Part shown: positions 20,398 through 30,696 of the stretch, piece by piece | How the letters are laid out: each line of letters opens with the position of its first letter | How positions within the stretch are numbered: position 1 is the stretch's first letter | From: Pseudomonadota bacterium | GTDB lineage: Bacteria; Bdellovibrionota_C; UBA2361; OMII01 | Reading direction: 5' to 3' | DNA length: 57,302 bases | Assembly: GCA_038134595.1 (NCBI GenBank) | Contig: JAYPVM010000013.1 | Location: 1-57,302, forward strand | Made by a program: the position numbers and the translations under genes | Notes under the pieces: generated by a model | What the model was told of the DNA's origin: nothing | Seen by the model: the letters and a program-made list of their open reading frames with translations, nothing else | The model's database searches: none

Positions 20398-21708
20398 CTA
20401 CACTCCGTTACACAGAGTCCCCTGACGCACAACGCGCTTACCTTGCACAAAAACATCCTCTACTGCCCCTAAAAGCTTTCTCCCGGCAAATGGGCTGTTT
20501 TTTGACTTTGACCGAATAGCATCTACCGAAAATGTCCACTCTTGATTTGGGTCAAGAACCACCACATCGGCCACACTACCAACAGCCAAACTTCCTCCTT
20601 GCAACCCGAACGCACGGGCTGGTCCAGCGGAGAGCAAATCTACCATCCGCTGGCGAGACAACTGACCAGCTAGGCACATTTCTACAAGAAGAGGCAGGCT
20701 CGTCTGCAAACCAAGAATTCCGACCGTTGCCTGTGAGAACTCTACGAGCTTACTGTCCTTGTCATGAGGAGCATGGTCACTTGCAATTGCATCGATCGTT
20801 TGGTCCTTCAATCCGTCTAGTAAGCCTTCAATATCCTCGTGTGACTTCAAAGGAGGCATCATTTTAAAGTTGGTGTCATATGTCGACACACATTCCTCGT
20901 TTAACAAAAGATGGTGCGGAGCCACCTCGCACGTTACAGCTATCCCGTCGTTTTTTGCCCGCCTTATGAGCTCAACACCCCGAGCTGTGGATACGTGGCA
21001 TATGTGAATTTTGCCCTTGGTAAAACGAGCGAGCTCAATATCGCGAGCTATCATCACATCTTCAGCAACACCAGGAAAACCTTTCAGTCCCATTTTGAGA
21101 GAAAGCGGGGATTCATTCATACATCCGCCGCAACTCAAATTTCTATCCTCCTCATGGCACGCAAGTGGAAGCCCTAACATCAAGCACCATTCAAGAGCCC
21201 GTCGCATCAGCCCGGCATCGACAACCGGATCGCCATCATCAGAAAACGCAACGCACCCTGCTTTAGCCAACTCAGTGTAAGGGGCAAGTTGTTTGCCATG
21301 CCGCGCCACCGAAATTGCACCTATTGGCAATACCCGCGCAGCTCCAGCATCCATCGCTTTTTCAAGGATAAAACGGGTAACCTCAGCCGAATCGTTTGCA
21401 GGTTTTGTGTTGGGCATACAGCAAATGGAAGTGTAGCCCCCTAACACAGCAGCTTCCGAACCCGTGCGAATCGTTTCCTTCCATTCTTCCCCTGGCTCTC
21501 GAAGGTGTACATGTAAATCAATGCAACCCGGGATAATCCATTTTTCTTGTGCATTAATCCGCACCACATCAGTTGCAGTCTTAAAAGCACCAGGACTCTC
21601 CACGGCGGCAATCACCCCATCCTGCAAAAGAATGTCATATCGACCCTCTCTTTGGGACTTCGCATCTATAAGATATCCACCCTCAATAACAAAGGAATCA
21701 ACGCTCAT
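20398..21708 (-). CDS. pyrC: Dihydroorotase (multifunctional-complex type)
   Basis: DLHVHLREPG, MPNT and IASDHAPH. ATG overlaps the pyrB stop. Confidence 0.96.
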   Translation of the reverse strand: MSVDSFVIEGGYLIDAKSQREGRYDILLQDGVIAAVESPGAFKTATDVVRINAQEKWIIPGCIDLHVHLREPGEEWKETIRTGSEAAVLGGYTSICCMPNTKPANDSAEVTRFILEKAMDAGAARVLPIGAISVARHGKQLAPYTELAKAGCVAFSDDGDPVVDAGLMRRALEWCLMLGLPLACHEEDRNLSCGGCMNESPLSLKMGLKGFPGVAEDVMIARDIELARFTKGKIHICHVSTARGVELIRRAKNDGIAVTCEVAPHHLLLNEECVSTYDTNFKMMPPLKSHEDIEGLLDGLKDQTIDAIASDHAPHDKDSKLVEFSQATVGILGLQTSLPLLVEMCLAGQLSRQRMVDLLSAGPARAFGLQGGSLAVGSVADVVVLDPNQEWTFSVDAIRSKSKNSPFAGRKLLGAVEDVFVQGKRVVRQGTLCNGV

Positions 21709-22670
21709 CACTCTCCCACTACCTCCCTGCTCTCTTGAGACCGTGCGAGAAGATAAAGGGCCGCCATCCTCACCGCTACTCCATTATTTACCTGTTGGCG
21801 AATAAGTGCTCGCGGCCCGTCAGCGACCTCACCTGCAATCTCAAGACCCCGATTCATCGGCCCCGGGTGAAGAACCACACTGCTAGGAGCAACCGCTCTT
21901 AGCAAGTCTTCAGTTACACAATACTCTTTGCTATACTCATCTATCGAGGGAACGAAGTATTGATCTTGACGCTCGAGTTGCATACGCAAGCAGACAACGA
22001 CATCAAGCCCCTCTAGCCCTTTGGCTAGATTATTAACAACCGTCACGTTTCCAACCGCAAACACATCTTCAAGCGCACGCGGAACAAGGGTTGAGGGTCC
22101 CACAAGCCTCACTGAATTTCCCAAAGCACAATGAGCCCAAATAGCACTACGAGCAACTCGCGAATGAAGCACATCACCCACAAAACCGACCCGCAGTCCC
22201 TCTATACCCTGCGGCCTCTCCGCAAAATGTTGCTGTAAGGTAAGTAAATCCAAAAGTGCCTGAGTCGGATGTTCATGCGCGCCGTCTCCTGCGTTGATGA
22301 CAGCGGTGCGAGAGAGATGCCGTGCCGCAAAGTGCGCCGCCCCGCTCTCTGAATGTCTAATCACCAGAACATCCGGATTCATTGACTCAAGAGTTCGAAC
22401 CGTATCGAGAAGAGTCTCGCCCTTTTTAACAGAGCTCGAACTTGCAGATATATTGTGAGTATCGGCTGACAGTCGTTTCCCAGCGATATCAAAACTCGCT
22501 AAAGTTCGAGTGCTTGGCTCAAAAAAAACATGAACTATGCTTTTTCCACGTAATGTAGGGACTTTTTTGATATCTCGCTCAGAGACTTCAACAAATGAGC
22601 TAGCGGTATCGAGGTAACGATAGATTTCTTGTTTCGAGAGCCCGTATATTCCCAGCAAATGGTCGACCAT
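21708..22670 (-). CDS. pyrB: Aspartate carbamoyltransferase catalytic subunit
   Basis: FFEPSTRT, NAGDGAHEHPTQALLD and HPGPMNRG. Confidence 0.98.
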   Translation of the reverse strand: MVDHLLGIYGLSKQEIYRYLDTASSFVEVSERDIKKVPTLRGKSIVHVFFEPSTRTLASFDIAGKRLSADTHNISASSSSVKKGETLLDTVRTLESMNPDVLVIRHSESGAAHFAARHLSRTAVINAGDGAHEHPTQALLDLLTLQQHFAERPQGIEGLRVGFVGDVLHSRVARSAIWAHCALGNSVRLVGPSTLVPRALEDVFAVGNVTVVNNLAKGLEGLDVVVCLRMQLERQDQYFVPSIDEYSKEYCVTEDLLRAVAPSSVVLHPGPMNRGLEIAGEVADGPRALIRQQVNNGVAVRMAALYLLARSQESREVVGE

Positions 22671-22805
22671 CGAGCAACCAGTTAACCCTACTTGTTACTC
22701 ATTTACAAGGGTAGGAATTAAAAAAAAGAAGAAAATATGTATTATAGCCGCAGGATAGCATCCAATTTACACAGATCTGCTTATGAATATCGGCTACTAG
22801 TAAGC

Positions 22806-23372
22806 CTAATGCTTTCGCTTGATAAGATAGGCCCCATCTTGATAGCCCATCTCCTCCAAACGCACTCGAACCAACTGATTACGCTCACATGCGATGGTTC
22901 TCCCGATGTAGTCTGCCTGAATCGGAAGCTCTCGATGGCCCCTGTCAGCTAATACCGCTAATTCTACCGTACGGGGCCTGCCAAAATCGATAATAGCATC
23001 GAGCGCGGCGCGAATCGTTCTTCCCGTAAAAAGGACATCATCTACCAAAACAATACGAGACCCGGCAATTCGAAAAGGCAAATCAGTTCCTCGAAGAGTC
23101 GGCTGAGACTGCGCACTTAAAAGGTCATCGCGATACAATGTGATATCAATAACCCCGTATGGTACTTGAACTCCCTCAATCTTTTGAATCTCTTCTTGAA
23201 GCCTCTTTCCGAGAAACTCTCCTCCCGTTCGTATGCCGACAATGGCGAGGCTCTTAATATCACGGTCATGTTCGACGATTTCAAAACTCATACGAGAAAC
23301 CGCACGGGAAATGGTATCGGCATCCATAACCATCTGCCAATCATCAGGAACAGATTTATACTTCGAATTCAT
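22806..23372 (-). CDS. pyrR: Bifunctional pyr regulator/uracil phosphoribosyltransferase PyrR
   Basis: DITLYRDD, LVDDVLFTGRTIRAA and DRGHRELPI. ATG at 23372 preferred. Confidence 0.96.
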   Translation of the reverse strand: MNSKYKSVPDDWQMVMDADTISRAVSRMSFEIVEHDRDIKSLAIVGIRTGGEFLGKRLQEEIQKIEGVQVPYGVIDITLYRDDLLSAQSQPTLRGTDLPFRIAGSRIVLVDDVLFTGRTIRAALDAIIDFGRPRTVELAVLADRGHRELPIQADYIGRTIACERNQLVRVRLEEMGYQDGAYLIKRKH

Positions 23373-23596
23373 GAAAAGCCTCTTACACGCCCAAAGTTGT
23401 TTAATCAGGAGGCACCCCCACAATATGCAAATCAACCTGCATAAAGAGAGCCCTGATACCTAACTATTGTACACAATTACAATCTCGGGGAAAGAGTTTC
23501 TTCGAGAACACTCTGGATATCATTAACCAACACAGCCTCTTAGTGCTATTTCTCCGAGTAATCCCAAGGGTCCATTGTAGTTTTTCCACCCAAAAG

Positions 23597-23974
23597 CTAC
23601 AGCGCTCGCTCGAGCGTAGCCGTAGCCGTAGCCGTAGCCGTCACAGATTGCAGAATAAAGCGTCCTTTCGGAAGGGGAAAGCCCAAAGGATAGCGATACT
23701 GTAGACTAACCCTGATTGTATCCTGAAAACGAGTCACGGTAATTTGGTCCTCCGGGCATTCTATGCCTCGCTCTTGTACCAGAGAGAAAATACCCCGACG
23801 AACTTCTAAATCAGACTGAAAATGCGCCCCCCTCAAGAACACACCTACTCTACTCTTGAGATTGTAATGGTGATACGCCGCATCGACTACGACACAAAAA
23901 CACAACACTGTAAACACGACTACCACAAAAAAAGAGCTGTGACGAACCGCTCTATTGTGCCGCCATATCATCAT
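23597..23974 (-). CDS. Small single-TM hypothetical protein (possibly DUF4845/pilin-like)
   Basis: Basic N-terminus, one TM helix, then a short soluble domain. AGAG-rich SD upstream. Family call is tentative. Confidence 0.6.
   Translation of the reverse strand: MMIWRHNRAVRHSSFFVVVVFTVLCFCVVVDAAYHHYNLKSRVGVFLRGAHFQSDLEVRRGIFSLVQERGIECPEDQITVTRFQDTIRVSLQYRYPLGFPLPKGRFILQSVTATATATATLERAL
23615..23641. repeat. Hexanucleotide microsatellite (CGTAGC)4.5 encoding a Thr-Ala run
   Basis: cgtagc x4 plus cgt; the minus-strand protein reads TATATATAT. Confidence 0.9.
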
Positions 23975-24164
23975 CTCTTCTCTACCTCTCTCTGTTCTAT
24001 CATTTCATATCGGTTATAAATTGATCTATAACACATAGCGGACTGTGGCACACCACACCGAACAATCTCTGCTCCAAGCAGTACGAGGAACACGAATGAT
24101 TATCGTTTCTTCTGCGCTTCAGGTGCTCACGAAACTCAAAAACTCAGAAGATATCAATTAGACG

Positions 24165-24923
24165 TCAGGTTTGGGAATCAGGGCGCACTGTAGAATACCG
24201 CCTCAAAGAGGTCTCTGTGAGAGGAAAATACTTCTCTGTTGTCATACTTTCATCAGTATCAGTTTTTGAAGGCACAACAAATCGGTTAAATACCCCCTCT
24301 ATCCACAACTTTGGCTGAGATGTCATCGCCCCAAAATAACTACTGTCAACACTTACAATCCCCGACAGATCGTCTCGAGTCAGCGTAAAAAGGGGCTTAT
24401 GAAGAAAGACCTCACTTGCAAGTACCACTGAGACACATGACCAAATCACGAAAAATAAAGAGGCTCGTAGCGTTCTTACAAGCGCCAAAGCCATGCTGAC
24501 TAAAGTCGCACCGAGAAGAGACACCCCTAATCCAGTGCTCCAAAACGGTACATAGTAGCCAATCCGTGTGGGGTCAATAACAAGCAATATACTTACTAAG
24601 ACAGCGCTCAAGAGAAGTGTGCCGTGAGCGATTCGTACAATTCCAAATTTGCCAATTAATGCAGAAACAATTGGTCGTATTACGCTCCAAACAACTAGGC
24701 TCAGAAAAGCCAGCGCCCATCCAGCTATCATTAGAACCTCAGGCGCATAGGTCGATGTCTCCTGAGGATAGAATCGGGCTTCAAGCGCCGGTAGGCCAAA
24801 GGGAATGAGCGCAAGGACGGCTGTTAATAACCAAGATACCTTGAGTGCTCGGGCGACAACAACACTAAAGCCACCCACAAGAGCGATTATCCAGGCAAGT
24901 GTTGTGACGTTTGTTAAATCCAT
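24165..24923 (-). CDS. Hypothetical multi-pass membrane protein
   Basis: About six hydrophobic segments followed by a polar tail. GAGGA SD upstream. Confidence 0.75.
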   Translation of the reverse strand: MDLTNVTTLAWIIALVGGFSVVVARALKVSWLLTAVLALIPFGLPALEARFYPQETSTYAPEVLMIAGWALAFLSLVVWSVIRPIVSALIGKFGIVRIAHGTLLLSAVLVSILLVIDPTRIGYYVPFWSTGLGVSLLGATLVSMALALVRTLRASLFFVIWSCVSVVLASEVFLHKPLFTLTRDDLSGIVSVDSSYFGAMTSQPKLWIEGVFNRFVVPSKTDTDESMTTEKYFPLTETSLRRYSTVRPDSQT

Positions 24924-25229
24924 GCAAGCAAGTCCTCTTGTTCACACCAATGCTTTGCTCCCCCCAACAGCCCCGTATAGAAGCAAGCACCTTCCGTAGA
25001 GATAAGAACGCTAATTGCATCCTTCCCCTATATGTTTCCTATCGACAACAAGGCATGTATCTAGGAAGGTTTTTAACGAGGAGCGGAAAGAAAAATAAGC
25101 AGAATCAACGTTTCGGCTCCTATCTTCGAAGAGTCTCTACGCACAAACACCTGAATCTAATTGATTTTAAAGTTGTGTCTCAGAAAAATACAAAGGCACT
25201 CTTCCCCACCCTCTTCGATCAAACGGTGT

Positions 25230-25595
25230 TTACGGCATGAGGATCTGTGGCAACATCTGAACGAACTTAGACCGTGGTATGACCGTCTGAAAACCCAGTG
25301 CCTTAGCTCTCTCTGCTAAAGCAAGGTGTACATGCGAGAAAAAACACACAACACTACTACTATCTGACTCTAGTTGAGATAGAGCATTTGCTATCAACTC
25401 TAGAGTAACACTTGGTTTATCCAGATCAACTAACACCACAGCACGACCATCCTGCGATACGCTCGACAACGCCTCGCACAGTCCATCTACTGCGCGCTGA
25501 ACCTTTGGGGTCCTACCAGATTGTCGCGCAATGTCTTTAATGCGTGAGGTAAATAAGAGATCTTTCGAAAAAATGAAGGTATCAACAACTTCCAT
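25230..25595 (-). CDS. Small stand-alone receiver (CheY-like) fold protein, atypical
   Basis: DLLFTSRI, VVLVDLD and FFSHV, at receiver-domain size. ATG overlaps the upstream TGA. Confidence 0.7.
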   Translation of the reverse strand: MEVVDTFIFSKDLLFTSRIKDIARQSGRTPKVQRAVDGLCEALSSVSQDGRAVVLVDLDKPSVTLELIANALSQLESDSSSVVCFFSHVHLALAERAKALGFQTVIPRSKFVQMLPQILMP

Positions 25596-27004
25596 CAATC
25601 CAACCCATACTCATGGCATTTAGCAATTAAGTTTGAGCGAGATACTCTAAGCCGCCGAGCAGCTTCACTCTTGTTGCCTTCACAATCTCCTAGCGCTTTT
25701 TTTATCATCGCTCGCTCTACTTCAGATACCGCTTCTTTGAGCGATCCAGAATGCTGGTCATCTCCACTTTGCGCACCTTGAGATGCCTCGTCTCTTAATG
25801 CCGGAGAAAGATGCCCAACCGTTATGGTATCCTCTCCACCGCTCATCACAAATGCTCGCTGAACCTCATTCTCTAATTGTCGAATATTTCCAGGCCAACG
25901 ATAATTTTCCATTAGCTGAAGCGCTGCCGCATCGATACCCTTTGGAGTCGCATTTGATTTATCTGCAAGTCTCTTGAGAAAACTCCCCACAAGCAGGGGT
26001 ATATCGCCATCCCGCTCCCTAAGCGGTGGTAGCACAACATTTACCACATTCAATCGATAATAGAGGTCCTCTCGAAACGTGCCCTTCTTTACCATCTCTT
26101 CTAAATTACGATTAGTTGCAGCGATAACTCGAACATCAACTTGCTTCTGCTTTGTCCCGCCTACCGGCATAAACGTTCCATCCTGCAAGACCCGAAGCAG
26201 CTTCACCTGTAATGCAGGGCTCATCTCGCCTAGCTCATCGAGGAAAAACGTTCCTTTATCAGCTACTTCAAAAAGCCCCTGCTTATCGCGCACAGCGCCC
26301 GTAAAGGCACCTTTAACGTGACCGAACAACTCAGATTCAAGGAGATTTTCGTTAAAGGCAGAGCAGTTTTGCACCACAAACGGCCTGTCCTTTCGAGGTC
26401 CATTAACATGCAACGCAGTTGCAACGACTTCCTTTCCAGTACCGGATTCTCCCGTAATCAGGAGAGGCACCTCGGCATCAACAACCTTGGCCATCATTTG
26501 GTATAGTTCCCGCATCACAGGACTCTGTCCGATAATGCTCCCGAAAACACCATCACCTTGCACTTGCGCCTGTAAGTGTCTGTGCGCGGAACGCACATCT
26601 CTGAGCTCAGCATGCAAAGCTCTCAAACGAAAAGCCGCATGCACTCTGGCTATAAGCTCATCAGAATCATATGGTTTACAAATATAGTCATCTGCACCCT
26701 GCTCGAACCCATGCAAGATATCCGACAACTCATCCCGCCCGGTAAGAAGAACAACTGTTGCGTACCGTAAATCAGGATGACTCTTAATACTCTTAGCAAC
26801 CTGATACCCATTCGGCTCGGGCATCATGACATCCAGCAATATCAGATCGGGGCGCTCTGCCTCTGCAACTTGAAGCGTCTCGGATCCTGATGATGCAGTG
26901 ACAACTTCAAATCCTTGCGAAATCAGCAATTGCTCAAGCGCAAACAATGCCTCGTGGTTATCATCAACCGCTAAGATTTTGGTGCCGCTGTTGTCTGAGC
27001 CCAT
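25595..27004 (-). CDS. Sigma-54-dependent response regulator (REC-AAA+-Fis HTH, NtrC family)
   Basis: AVDD and LLDVMMP receiver; GESGTGKE, ESELFGH..GAFTGA, FREDLYYRL and WPGNIRQL; C-terminal HTH. Confidence 0.96.
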   Translation of the reverse strand: MGSDNSGTKILAVDDNHEALFALEQLLISQGFEVVTASSGSETLQVAEAERPDLILLDVMMPEPNGYQVAKSIKSHPDLRYATVVLLTGRDELSDILHGFEQGADDYICKPYDSDELIARVHAAFRLRALHAELRDVRSAHRHLQAQVQGDGVFGSIIGQSPVMRELYQMMAKVVDAEVPLLITGESGTGKEVVATALHVNGPRKDRPFVVQNCSAFNENLLESELFGHVKGAFTGAVRDKQGLFEVADKGTFFLDELGEMSPALQVKLLRVLQDGTFMPVGGTKQKQVDVRVIAATNRNLEEMVKKGTFREDLYYRLNVVNVVLPPLRERDGDIPLLVGSFLKRLADKSNATPKGIDAAALQLMENYRWPGNIRQLENEVQRAFVMSGGEDTITVGHLSPALRDEASQGAQSGDDQHSGSLKEAVSEVERAMIKKALGDCEGNKSEAARRLRVSRSNLIAKCHEYGLD

Positions 27005-27015
27005 CAGCGATTACC

Positions 27016-28269
27016 CTATCCCTTCATCATATCAAGGAACTCTTTGTTCCCCTTTGTGCCATCTATCTTACTGAGCAACCACTCCATAGCTTCAACGGTA
27101 TTAAGTGGATTAAGGACCTTTCTAAGCAACCAAACTTTTTGCAGCACATCATTTTTCAGCAACAGATCCTCTTTTCTAGTGCCTGAAGCCTTAAGATCAA
27201 TTGCTGGATAGATCCTTCTGTCGGCCAACTTTCGATCGAGTACAATTTCCATGTTACCTGTACCCTTAAACTCTTCGAAAATCACCTCATCCATTCGGCT
27301 ACCGGTTTCGATAAGCGCGGTCCCGATAATTGTCAGGCTACCGCCCTCTTCAACATTCCTTGCAGCTCCAAAGAACCGCTTAGGCTTATGGAGCGCGTTG
27401 GAATCGACACCTCCAGAGAGGATCTTACCACTTGGTGGCACCACCGTGTTGTATGCACGTGCAAGTCTTGTAATCGAATCCAAGAGGATAACAACGTCAT
27501 GCTTATGCTCTACGAGTCGCTTCGCCTTTTCAATAACCATCTCTGCAACTTGAACGTGCCGCTGTGCAGGTTCATCAAACGTAGAACTTACAACTTCGCC
27601 CTTCACCGAGCGAGCCATATCAGTAACCTCCTCAGGACGCTCATCTATTAGGAGAACAATCAGGATAACTTCCTTGTGATTTTCTGTAATCGCATTGGCG
27701 ATATTTTGAAGCAAAACGGTCTTACCAGTTCGTGGAGGAGCCACGATCAAGGCACGCTGTCCCTTACCGACTGGGCAGAAAAGATCCATAATCCGAGGTG
27801 AAATCCCTCCCTTTTTGCTCTCTAATTTAAGCTTCTCATCAGGATAGAGTGGAGTAAGATTGTCAAAGTGAGTCTTGGTCTTTAAAACCTCTGGAGAGTC
27901 GAGATTAACAGAGGTGACTTTAACCAACGCAAAGTATCGCTCCCCCTCTTTCTCCCGCGGAGGACGAATCTGCCCTTCAATGATGTCACCTGTCTTTAAA
28001 CCGAATCTCCTGATCTGAGCAGGTGAAACGTATACATCGTCCGGGCCAGGGATGTAGTTGTAGTCCGGTGAGCGAAGAAAACCAAATCCATCTGGCAAAC
28101 ACTCAAGAACGCCGCCAGCATAGATACTACCATTAGAGGCAGACTGTGCTGTCAAAATGCTAAAGATCAACTCTTGTCGACGCATCGAATTAGCTGATTC
28201 GATATTGAACTCAGCCGCTACTTTCATCATCTCGTCGGTCTTTAATTGTTTTAGTTCATTTAAGTTCAT
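27016..28269 (-). CDS. rho: Transcription termination factor Rho
   Basis: [35 protein letters not shown] and [10 protein letters not shown]. Confidence 0.99.
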   Translation of the reverse strand: MNLNELKQLKTDEMMKVAAEFNIESANSMRRQELIFSILTAQSASNGSIYAGGVLECLPDGFGFLRSPDYNYIPGPDDVYVSPAQIRRFGLKTGDIIEGQIRPPREKEGERYFALVKVTSVNLDSPEVLKTKTHFDNLTPLYPDEKLKLESKKGGISPRIMDLFCPVGKGQRALIVAPPRTGKTVLLQNIANAITENHKEVILIVLLIDERPEEVTDMARSVKGEVVSSTFDEPAQRHVQVAEMVIEKAKRLVEHKHDVVILLDSITRLARAYNTVVPPSGKILSGGVDSNALHKPKRFFGAARNVEEGGSLTIIGTALIETGSRMDEVIFEEFKGTGNMEIVLDRKLADRRIYPAIDLKASGTRKEDLLLKNDVLQKVWLLRKVLNPLNTVEAMEWLLSKIDGTKGNKEFLDMMKG

Positions 28270-28753
28270 AGATTACACACTACTTTAATGGTTATTGTCG
28301 CTACGTCGTCATCCACGTATTCACATACCCCGGACCCACGCTTGAATCCATACAGGACGATATGGGAACACGAAAACGATGTAAGAACTCTTTCCGATAG
28401 AATTATCTGAAACCCTGTTGTCTGACTTCACGCGACATTGATCGTGTCGTCACCTTTACCTTTATTTATCAGCTCCTGCTCTTACCAAATCGACTCGAGG
28501 CAACTTTCGCCACGCAATCAAAAAGCCCCCAAAAAAGCCCTCCGGTTAGAAACCGCCCCCGCTAAAACCCCTCCTACTAAAAAAGCAACCTAGAGGAACA
28601 ATTACGAGATACGATACAAGAGAGTTAAGGCCTCCTCCTACCGGATGTGAAAGTATCTTTCGGGGGTGATAACTACTGGTTTAGCAAAGAACGCTTCCGT
28701 AAAGCATATAAGATCGCCTTACCCCTTCATTGTGACCCACCCAACACCTTGAG

Positions 28754-29458
28754 TCAATCCCCTCGCCGCTCTTCAATGGTTTTTGCAGCGACGGGTCGAA
28801 TATAGTGCGGCTCTACCGTTGCCCACATATCCGCAGATGCCCTCGGCATATCCGTAACTGTACTCTCAAGTAGTCCAATTCCTATATGATCCTGGACAAT
28901 TACATCACTCACATCCGGAATACAGAAACCTCCAAGCGGCGTCGCGCATACACTCTCAGGCGCATCTGCTCGCCACGCCTGCACCGTAGCGACGGGCACA
29001 ATCTCCGGTGCCTGAATTTCTATAAGCCCCTGACCATCTTTATGGGCATAGAGCGCCCAAAAAACCTCTCCTCTTCGAGCATCAGAAAAAACTCCAATGG
29101 ACTGGCGTTTAGCCGCATCATCTAGCTGTCGGTACGTTGCTAACGCGCATGCATAAAAAGACGATAATCCAACAAGAGGAATTTTTTCAGCAGCCACGAA
29201 ACCCTTCGCAAACCCGAGGCCAATTCGGAGTCCAGTAAAAGAACCAGGCCCCAGACCAATTCGAAGCTGTCCACAGTTGCCCGCAGAAATTCCGACTTCC
29301 TCAAAGACAGCCGAAACTAAGTCGGGGAGCCTTTCAAAATGGTTTCCTTCTCCCTCAGAGGTCTTGGCAACAACCACAGCATTGCCATCAGAAATAGCAA
29401 CACTGCAAAAAGACCCGCTTGTATCGATTGCAAGAACAAACGGCCGTCTCGATGGCAT
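28754..29458 (-). CDS. tsaB: tRNA threonylcarbamoyladenosine biosynthesis protein TsaB
   Basis: LAIDTS, GPGSFTGLRIG, DARRGEVF and P.YIR. Confidence 0.95.
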   Translation of the reverse strand: MPSRRPFVLAIDTSGSFCSVAISDGNAVVVAKTSEGEGNHFERLPDLVSAVFEEVGISAGNCGQLRIGLGPGSFTGLRIGLGFAKGFVAAEKIPLVGLSSFYACALATYRQLDDAAKRQSIGVFSDARRGEVFWALYAHKDGQGLIEIQAPEIVPVATVQAWRADAPESVCATPLGGFCIPDVSDVIVQDHIGIGLLESTVTDMPRASADMWATVEPHYIRPVAAKTIEERRGD

Positions 29459-29470
29459 ATCAGTGCCTCT

Positions 29471-30685
29471 CTATAAAAAATTACGGACGAGATCGTTGCC
29501 AATAGCAAACACCATCAACGAAAGAATGGCTAACAATCCAACATTGGCGGCTGCTGTTTGAGCTCTCATGCTAAGAGGAGACCCCTTGATTCGTTCAATC
29601 GTAAACAACAACAAGTGCCCCCCATCTAAAATCGGGATCGGCAAGAGATTCATGATTCCCAACGTGATGTTGAGCATTATCATTATCGTAATCACTGCCA
29701 ATGGCCCATCCTCAACGCTACGAGATGTCTGCTTGATAATCTCAATAGGCCCTCCCAACGTCTTCGTAGGAGACAATAACCCGGTCACCACCCCACGTAA
29801 CACCCGAAGCGTCTGAAGTGACATACCCACAACCTGCAATCCTCCAGCAGAGAACGCTGTCGATATATCCGCAGGCTCATACCTTACATTCTGCATCGAT
29901 GGAGATATTCCTATCCTGTAGGTCTTATTGGCAGCTCTACCTTCGAGCACATCGAGTTCAGGACTCTCTCCCGCTTGCGGCCGAATTGGAATTGTTGCGA
30001 CCTTGTTGGCGACTCCATCTTTTGGATCTGCTTTCCGTATTACCGAAAATGACAGCTCTCTTCCTTGAGAGCTTTCTACAACTTTCACAAGATCCTGAAA
30101 GGAAGAAAGAACAACTCCATCCACAGAGAGGATCTGATCACCTGTATGCAAACCAGCCCTCTCTGCAGGGAACCCTGTCTGCACCATACCGACCGTAACA
30201 GGTCCATCCTCCAACGTTGGAATGCCTAGCGCTAAGAAACTCCCAAACGCTAACACCCACGCAAAAATAAAATTTGCAAGTGGCCCCGCAATAACTACAG
30301 CACACCGTCGAAAATATCCCTTCTTCAAAAACCACTTTGACTCATCTTCTATAAGAGCCTGCTGCCTAGCTGTGAGTTCTGCTTGTCCACCCTCAATAGG
30401 AGAAGCGCCGCCAATGACTTTCTCGTCCTTCTCAGTTGATGTTCCTGTATATACCTCACCGTAGACAAGAGCAGGATCATCTCCTGCCATCCGAACAAAA
30501 CCCCCAAGAGGAATTGCTCGTAAAGAGTATGTAGTATCTCCCCCTTGAATTTTTGCAAGCACTGGGCCAAAACCGATGGAAAACTCGAGCACTCCCACAC
30601 CACACCACTTAGCAACTAAAAAGTGTCCAAGCTCATGAACAAAAATGAGGGCTCCAAGAATTAGAACTGATGAAATGATTCCCAT
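29471..30685 (-). CDS. rseP: RIP metalloprotease RseP (M50, PDZ)
   Basis: HELGH, IPLGGFV, AGPLAN and NLLPIPILDGG. Conserved position after dxr. Confidence 0.96.
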   Translation of the reverse strand: MGIISSVLILGALIFVHELGHFLVAKWCGVGVLEFSIGFGPVLAKIQGGDTTYSLRAIPLGGFVRMAGDDPALVYGEVYTGTSTEKDEKVIGGASPIEGGQAELTARQQALIEDESKWFLKKGYFRRCAVVIAGPLANFIFAWVLAFGSFLALGIPTLEDGPVTVGMVQTGFPAERAGLHTGDQILSVDGVVLSSFQDLVKVVESSQGRELSFSVIRKADPKDGVANKVATIPIRPQAGESPELDVLEGRAANKTYRIGISPSMQNVRYEPADISTAFSAGGLQVVGMSLQTLRVLRGVVTGLLSPTKTLGGPIEIIKQTSRSVEDGPLAVITIMIMLNITLGIMNLLPIPILDGGHLLLFTIERIKGSPLSMRAQTAAANVGLLAILSLMVFAIGNDLVRNFL

Positions 30686-30696
30686 ACCTATTACTC

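Noticed and set aside
22671..22805. Hairpin (22687-22715) and A/T run between pyrR and pyrB as a PyrR attenuator
   Set aside because: No AGUCC-AGAGAGGCU-type binding loop here or upstream of pyrR. The U run lies 5' of the hairpin on the sense strand, so it is not a terminator.
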